NCBI GenBank assembly: GCA_039815375.1
Contig: JBCBZJ010000018.1
Location: forward strand, 1 to 64,000
Length of the DNA stretch: 64,000 nt
Direction of reading: 5' to 3'
Source: Verrucomicrobiota bacterium
Lineage (GTDB): Bacteria; Verrucomicrobiota; Verrucomicrobiia; Opitutales; Coraliomargaritaceae
Within the stretch, counting starts at the first letter, position 1. The number at the start of each line of letters is the position of its first letter. Below are positions 58,730 to 64,000 of the stretch, one piece after another. The notes beneath the pieces were generated by a model. That model was not told the DNA's origin and made no database searches. It saw only the letters and a list, made by a program, of their open reading frames with translations. A program made the translations under genes and the position numbers.

Positions 58730-59283
58730 ACCTTCTTGAGGTCCGCTTCCTTGTGGGCAAGGTGCTCGTTTATTTCGGCGATTGCATCGTCGTGTGCTTT
58801 TTGCACATCCTTCTCATGGCGTTTAAAATCGTCCTCGGGAAGGCCATCGTCTTTTGCAGACTTGAGAAGATCGAGTCCATCGCGGCGCGCTTGGCGGACA
58901 CGGACACGACCATCCTCGGCCATGGAGCCTGCGGTCTTAGCGAGCTCCTGGCGACGTTCTCCAGTGAGCTCGGGGACAGGGACGCGAAGGATACCTCCGT
59001 CGACGAGGGGATTAAGACCGAGATTGGCTTCCTGAATCGCTTTTTCTATATCCCGAACGACGCTCTTGTCCCAGGGCTGGACCATGATGGTTCGCGCATC
59101 GGGAGTTGTGACGGCAGCAACTTCCTTCATTGTGACAGTGCTGCCATAGGCGTTGACGCGGACACCGTCAAGCATGGCAGGAGTTGCCTTGCCAGTGTGT
59201 AGGCTACTGAACTCGTGGAGCGTATGATCGACGGCTTTCTTAAGGTCGTCGCTGAGAGACTTGAGGATTTCTTTCGGTTCCAT
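58726..59283 (-). CDS. frr: ribosome recycling factor
   Basis: Typical RRF length and motifs (VRVRQARRD). Confidence 0.9.
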   Translation of the reverse strand: MEPKEILKSLSDDLKKAVDHTLHEFSSLHTGKATPAMLDGVRVNAYGSTVTMKEVAAVTTPDARTIMVQPWDKSVVRDIEKAIQEANLGLNPLVDGGILRVPVPELTGERRQELAKTAGSMAEDGRVRVRQARRDGLDLLKSAKDDGLPEDDFKRHEKDVQKAHDDAIAEINEHLAHKEADLKKV

Positions 59284-59325
59284 TTGGATGAATTTAGAGC
59301 AGTGGAGTGATAAGATGGAAGAAAA

Positions 59326-60066
59326 CTATTCGACCAGCGTGCCGATTTCTTCACCCATAACGGCGCGGTAGATTGAGCCAGGCTCTTTCATACTGAAGAC
59401 AAGAATCGGTAGTTGGTTTTCCATGCAGAGTGAAAATGCAGTTGAATCCATCACCTTGAGGCGTTCACGAAGAGCATCGATATAGGCGATATGGTCATAT
59501 TTTACAGCATCCTCGTGCTTGGCAGGATCTTTGTCGTAGATGCCCTCCACCTTCGTCGCTTTCATCAGCATGTCAGCTCCGATTTCGCTAGCACGAAGTG
59601 CTGCAGTGGTGTCAGTCGAAAAGTAGGGGTTACCGGTGCCGCCAGCGAAGATGACGACTCGGCCCCGCTCAAGGTGGCGCGTTGCCCGGCGCACGATAAA
59701 TGGTTCAGCCAGTTTATCCATCGGTATTGCGCTCTGTAGCCGGACCGTTACGCCGAGTTTCTCGAGGCAGTCCATAAGAGCAAGGCCGTTGATGACGGTT
59801 GCCAGCATGCCCATGTAGTCGCCTGTGGTCCGATCGACACCTTTCATTTCCGCACCGCTGAGGCCGCGGAAGATGTTGCCGCCACCGATAACGAGGCCGA
59901 CTTGCACGCCTATATCATAAACTTCCTTAACCTCTTCGCAGATCGATTTGAGCGTCCTCGCGTCGATGGGTTCACCATCTTCGGCGTTGCGCAGCACTTC
60001 GCCGCTCAACTTGAGAACGATGCGCTTATATTTCGGTTCTTTGCCCGATTCGTTTGATGCCTCCAT
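59326..60066 (-). CDS. pyrH: UMP kinase
   Basis: [10 protein letters not shown]...GGGNIFRG motifs. Confidence 0.9.
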   Translation of the reverse strand: MEASNESGKEPKYKRIVLKLSGEVLRNAEDGEPIDARTLKSICEEVKEVYDIGVQVGLVIGGGNIFRGLSGAEMKGVDRTTGDYMGMLATVINGLALMDCLEKLGVTVRLQSAIPMDKLAEPFIVRRATRHLERGRVVIFAGGTGNPYFSTDTTAALRASEIGADMLMKATKVEGIYDKDPAKHEDAVKYDHIAYIDALRERLKVMDSTAFSLCMENQLPILVFSMKEPGSIYRAVMGEEIGTLVE

Positions 60067-60198
60067 TAAAGCTCGGTTAAACGCTTTTGTGAGCGGTTCG
60101 TCAATCCATGTTATTGGTAGTGTGGTTCTAAAAAGCGAGGAAGTCTTGCCTTGAAACTTGCCCCCGCTCCTATTGCCTCCCTTTTTCGCTTTTTCCTA

Positions 60199-61413
60199 AT
60201 GTCACTTATTGTCCAAAAATATGGCGGCACCTCCGTTGGAGATGTCGAGCGCATCAAGAACGTTGCAAGTCGCGTCAAGGAAACCTACGACGCGGGTAAT
60301 CAGGTCGTCGTTGTGGTATCTGCGCGCTCGGGCGTAACGAATGATTTGATCGCTCGTGCGAAGGCGCTGAATCCGAATCCGAACGAGCGTGAGATGGATA
60401 TGCTGCTGGCAGTTGGCGAGCAGGAGACGATCGCCCTGACTGCCATGGCGCTTCACGCCATCGGCGTGCCGGCAGTGTCTCGCACCGGTCGGCAGGCAGG
60501 TATCATAACAGACCCCTCCCATACCCGTGCCAGAATTATGAGTATTTCAGGCGGTGATATAAAGGATCAACTCAATGATGGGAAGGTCGTCATCCTCGCT
60601 GGTTTCCAAGGTCAATCATCCGACGGCCAAGTCACCACACTTGGTCGTGGTGGTTCAGACCTCAGCGCCATCGCAATTGCTGCAGCGATCAAGGCTGATC
60701 TGTGCCAGATTTGTACTGACGTAGACGGTGTTTACACTGCAGATCCACGAGTTGTGCCGGATGCGACCAAACTCGACGAAATCTCCTATGAAGAGATGCT
60801 TGAACTCGCAAGCTCCGGTTCGAAGGTAATGCAGAATCGTGCCGTCGAGTTTGCTCAAAAGTTCGATGTGGTCTTTGAGGTCCGCTCCAGTTTTAACAAA
60901 AACCCAGGAACTATCGTGAAAGAAGAAGTTGCTTCCATGGAAGACGTCGTCGTGAGTGGCGTCGCACTTGATAAGAATCAGGCCAAGATCGTTGTCAGCG
61001 ATCTCCCGGATCGTCCGGGCGCAGCCGCCAAGCTCTTCAAGGCACTCGCCGACGCAGGCATCAGCGTTGATATGATTGTGCAAAACCCTGGAACAGAGGG
61101 CCGTGCACGCATCACTTTTACGGTGCCGCGCGATGATGTCTACCGAGCTGAAAAGGCGGTCAGTAAATCCTTTCCTGACGAATCCAGTGGTAAGATCTTC
61201 GAAGCCAGCGATATTGCCAAGTTATCTGTCGTCGGTGTGGGTATGCGCTCGCACGCTGGAGTAGCGGCTACGCTTTTCGAAGCGCTGGCTGAGGCCAGTG
61301 TGAATATCCAGCTGGTGAGCACGTCAGAGATCAAAATTTCTGTCGGCGTCGACCTGGGCGATGCAGAAGAGGCCGCTCGTGTCGTGCATTCCGCTTTTCG
61401 ACTCGGTCAATAG
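60199..61413 (+). CDS. lysC: aspartate kinase
   Basis: VQKYGGTSV N-terminus followed by two ACT domains. I place the start at the Met preceding this motif. Confidence 0.9.
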   Translation: MSLIVQKYGGTSVGDVERIKNVASRVKETYDAGNQVVVVVSARSGVTNDLIARAKALNPNPNEREMDMLLAVGEQETIALTAMALHAIGVPAVSRTGRQAGIITDPSHTRARIMSISGGDIKDQLNDGKVVILAGFQGQSSDGQVTTLGRGGSDLSAIAIAAAIKADLCQICTDVDGVYTADPRVVPDATKLDEISYEEMLELASSGSKVMQNRAVEFAQKFDVVFEVRSSFNKNPGTIVKEEVASMEDVVVSGVALDKNQAKIVVSDLPDRPGAAAKLFKALADAGISVDMIVQNPGTEGRARITFTVPRDDVYRAEKAVSKSFPDESSGKIFEASDIAKLSVVGVGMRSHAGVAATLFEALAEASVNIQLVSTSEIKISVGVDLGDAEEAARVVHSAFRLGQ

Positions 61414-61422
61414 ACGTTTACC

Positions 61423-62775
61423 ATGCAATTCATCAGCACACGCGGACAGGTGCCGCCGGTCTCTTTTTCGACTGCGGTGGCGCAGGGTTTGGCACCGGAC
61501 GGTGGGCTTTACCTTCCTGAGGAGCTGCCGGATTTGAGCCCCTATCTCGACGATTGGTCGGGGCTGAGTTATGCAGAACTATGCGAGGCTTTTTTTGCGA
61601 TCTTCGCGACTGATATCAATCGCTCTGAATTGAAGGCTATCGTCGAGCGTTCTTATGACAAGTTCGATGATATCGAGATCGCCCCGATCCGTAAGCTCTC
61701 ATCGCAGCTCTATGTGCTTGAGCTCTTTCACGGACCTACGCTTGCCTTCAAGGACTTTGCACTGCAACTCTTAGGCAACATTTATCAGGCCCAGATCGCT
61801 CGGACCGGCCGACCGATTTCGGTTCTGGGTGCCACTTCAGGAGATACCGGCGCGGCTGCAATCCATGGCTTGCTTGGCAAGAAGGGTGTGAAGACCTTTA
61901 TCCTTTACCCTGATGGCCGTATTTCCCCGTTGCAGGAACGCCAGATGACTTGCACCGGCGCAGAAAATGTATTCCCCCTTGCGATCAAAGGTAGTTTTGA
62001 TGACGCGCAGACAGCGATGAAGACAGTCTTTGAGGACCGAGAGTTTGCCGATGAGGTAGGTCTGTCTGCAGTGAACTCGATTAACTTGGCCCGCATTCTC
62101 GCCCAGTGTGTCTATTATCTTTCGGCCTTCTTCCGTTTGCCAGAGGACATTCGCGAAGAGGCGACGTTCGTTGTGCCGACAGGAAACTTCGGTAATGTGC
62201 TTGCGGGTTGGCTGGTCCAACGCATGGGTGTTCCACTCAAGGGCTTTCGCGTTGCGACCAACCAAAACGACATTCTTCACCGACTCTTCGAGACTGGCAT
62301 CTACGAACTGGAATCTGTTGCTCCAAGCGTTGCTCCGTCTATGGACATTCAGGTAGCCTCCAACTTCGAGCGCTTCATTTACTATGCGGAAGATCGAGAT
62401 CAGTCGAAGGTGCGTGACATTATCCAGACCTTCAAGTCGACGGGTAAATACGTATTCGAACACTTCAATACGGATACTTTTTCTAGTTCGCGCACAGACG
62501 ATTCCGGGATTGCTGAGATCATTCGCGACGTCTACGACAAATACGATTACGTGGTCGATCCGCACACCGCCTGTGGTTTCACTGGAATAGGCAAAGGGCC
62601 CGAAGTCATCCTTGCGACTGCCCATCCTGCAAAGTTCCCGGACACTATCTCGCATTCAATCGGTTTTGATTCGACACACTCGTCACTGGAAGCGCTCAAG
62701 CCAAAGGAGATCGTGAAGCATCACGTCGAACCGACTCCTGCAGGTATCAAGGCCTTCATGCGCGAGAGAGTTTAG
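61423..62775 (+). CDS. thrC: threonine synthase
   Basis: MQFISTRG...GGLYLP N-terminus and a PLP-lysine region FHGPTLAFKD. Confidence 0.9.
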   Translation: MQFISTRGQVPPVSFSTAVAQGLAPDGGLYLPEELPDLSPYLDDWSGLSYAELCEAFFAIFATDINRSELKAIVERSYDKFDDIEIAPIRKLSSQLYVLELFHGPTLAFKDFALQLLGNIYQAQIARTGRPISVLGATSGDTGAAAIHGLLGKKGVKTFILYPDGRISPLQERQMTCTGAENVFPLAIKGSFDDAQTAMKTVFEDREFADEVGLSAVNSINLARILAQCVYYLSAFFRLPEDIREEATFVVPTGNFGNVLAGWLVQRMGVPLKGFRVATNQNDILHRLFETGIYELESVAPSVAPSMDIQVASNFERFIYYAEDRDQSKVRDIIQTFKSTGKYVFEHFNTDTFSSSRTDDSGIAEIIRDVYDKYDYVVDPHTACGFTGIGKGPEVILATAHPAKFPDTISHSIGFDSTHSSLEALKPKEIVKHHVEPTPAGIKAFMRERV

Positions 62776-63404
62776 AGCTTGCGATAGATACAGATATCCT
62801 GGTCGCCATAGTAGGTAATGAGGATGGCGTCGATTCCTGCGACGGCGTCAAAGAGCTTGAGCATCATTTCCTGTTCGCCCGGCCAGGGGTAGACAAAGAA
62901 AATATCGATTTCTTCTATATCGATTTCTTTTTCGCCATCCACATAGCTGGCTGAGCCGACCTCGTGACCGAAGCTATCGTCAGGCACGATATCATTGCCG
63001 CCCATGGTTTCATAAGTGATAAATCCATCGGGGATGTAACTGGTGCAAAGGAAGTCGACATCGAGTAGTTGGCTATCTGCCAATTCACGTGCGATCGCGA
63101 TCAGGCCCTCGCGTAACTCAATTCCGATCGCTTGTAGGCCAAGAAGACTGGCCATGCCCGTCGCGACGCCAAAGCCACTGCCCCATTCGACGAAATTGTT
63201 ACCTACCGCGAGTTGTTCTTCATTTACCCATTTGATGGCAGCGTAAACTTGATCCGGCTCACTCCCGATGTAGCGCGGGTAGCGCTTATTGAGTCCTTGC
63301 GCGTGGAAAGCATCGAAACGTTCTTCTGCAGCATCGACCAGAGCTTGAATCTTGCCGGGCATCTCGCAGCCAGTGGGCTCATATTCGATTTCCTCGTAGG
63401 CCAT
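62772..63404 (-). CDS. hypothetical protein with a glycine-rich SAM-MTase-like motif
   Basis: VEWGSGFGVATG motif. Acidic C-terminus. Confidence 0.4.
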   Translation of the reverse strand: MAYEEIEYEPTGCEMPGKIQALVDAAEERFDAFHAQGLNKRYPRYIGSEPDQVYAAIKWVNEEQLAVGNNFVEWGSGFGVATGMASLLGLQAIGIELREGLIAIARELADSQLLDVDFLCTSYIPDGFITYETMGGNDIVPDDSFGHEVGSASYVDGEKEIDIEEIDIFFVYPWPGEQEMMLKLFDAVAGIDAILITYYGDQDICIYRKL

Positions 63405-63406
63405 TT

Positions 63407-63796
63407 CTAAAAGTCTGGGCCGATCAACTTTTCGATGTCACGGCGATCTTTCTTTGTCGGGCGTCCTTTGCTTTCATGTCCTCGGTAGGCAAAAAGCCGA
63501 GCATTGTTTCGTTTTTCCTGCGCGGCATCGTATTCGCTCTGCGGTGTTTTGTCTTCTAAAAACTCGGGGACCCGGGGAGCACCAATGCGCTTCTCCGTTA
63601 GTCCAAGCACATGGAGTGTGCGGGTGAGTGTTTTGGTGCGAGCGACTGCTGTATCACCGATCCGAATCTTCGCTGATGGCTTGGCTATGGTTCCATTTAC
63701 CCGAACGGCTGAGCCACGGCATGCATCTGCAGCATCGGTTCGGGTCTTATAAACACGGACTGCCCATAGCCATTTATCCAATCGGACGGAATTCAT
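63407..63796 (-). CDS. S4-domain RNA-binding protein, Hsp15 (HslR)-like
   Basis: VRLDKWLWAVRV...RT...A S4 motif and a basic C-terminus. Confidence 0.7.
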   Translation of the reverse strand: MNSVRLDKWLWAVRVYKTRTDAADACRGSAVRVNGTIAKPSAKIRIGDTAVARTKTLTRTLHVLGLTEKRIGAPRVPEFLEDKTPQSEYDAAQEKRNNARLFAYRGHESKGRPTKKDRRDIEKLIGPDF

Positions 63797-63801
63797 TAAA
63801 G

Positions 63802-64000
63802 TTAAAGCGAGTTGACAGCGTTCTTTATTCTTTCAAGGCCTTCTTCGAGTTGTGCACGTGAGCAGCCAAAGTTTAGCCGGACATGCTGTTTCCCGTCGAA
63901 CGGCACGCCGTCGGATAAGCCCACGCCGTGTTTTTCGAAAAACTGTGCCGGATTTTCAAGGCCGAGTGCGCTGACGTCGAGCCAAGCGAGGTAAGTGGCT
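63802..64000 (-). CDS. C-terminal fragment of a PLP-dependent class I/II aminotransferase (MalY/PatB-like); the gene continues beyond the window end
   Basis: The reverse-strand frame ends ...GVPFDGKQHVRLNFGCSRAQLEEGLERIKNAVNSL with a stop at 63802-63804. This is a typical C-terminus of this fold. Confidence 0.55.
   Translation of the reverse strand, partial: ATYLAWLDVSALGLENPAQFFEKHGVGLSDGVPFDGKQHVRLNFGCSRAQLEEGLERIKNAVNSL

Overview
This is a 64-kb bacterial chromosomal segment. Several traits point to a Verrucomicrobia/PVC-like organism, though this is inference only: PEP-CTERM proteins, porins with a coiled-coil N-terminus, a long archaeal/eukaryotic-type ProRS, weak Shine-Dalgarno use and frequent GTG/TTG starts in the ORF track. 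The window divides into five parts.

(1) 1-6.6 kb is a co-directional minus-strand glycan/LPS operon: PseB-like dehydratase (truncated by the window edge), two methyltransferases (one resembling the pseudaminic-acid-associated methylase family), a large uncharacterised polysaccharide-biosynthesis-like protein, two tandem Kdo/WaaP-family LPS kinases and a GT4 glycosyltransferase.

(2) 7-12.4 kb is housekeeping: serS, proS, msrA and a DUF493 gene.

(3) tRNA-Leu(TAA) at 12484-12566 is followed by a ~10.6-kb putative island (12.57-23.17 kb). The island is bounded by an imperfect 38-bp direct repeat of the tRNA 3' end and its flank. It carries a phage CII/CP76-like regulator transcribed divergently from a predicted operon of YqiJ/NfeD-like, flotillin (SPFH) and a 1,702-aa coiled-coil protein with a C-terminal AAA+ ATPase domain, with a convergent PspA/IM30 gene downstream. 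This is the most interesting candidate for an undescribed system.

(4) 23.3-40.6 kb holds CBS and FHA proteins, ybaB-recR, a disulfide oxidoreductase, an O-antigen-ligase-like protein, DJ-1, a hydrolase, an aminotransferase, mgtE, a GH20 hexosaminidase, manA, a gabT-porin-gabD cluster and a BPL_N-like protein.

(5) 40.6-64 kb holds a peptide ABC transporter with an S58/P1 peptidase and a CN-hydrolase; a three-gene paralogous secreted-protein array, one member carrying a PEP-CTERM anchor; XRE-cupin, MazG and HPr genes; an MsbA-like exporter; RRM, M48, EEP and MBL proteins; and proB-frr-pyrH, lysC-thrC, an Hsp15-like gene and an aminotransferase fragment.

I recognised no rRNA, CRISPR array, transposase or integrase.
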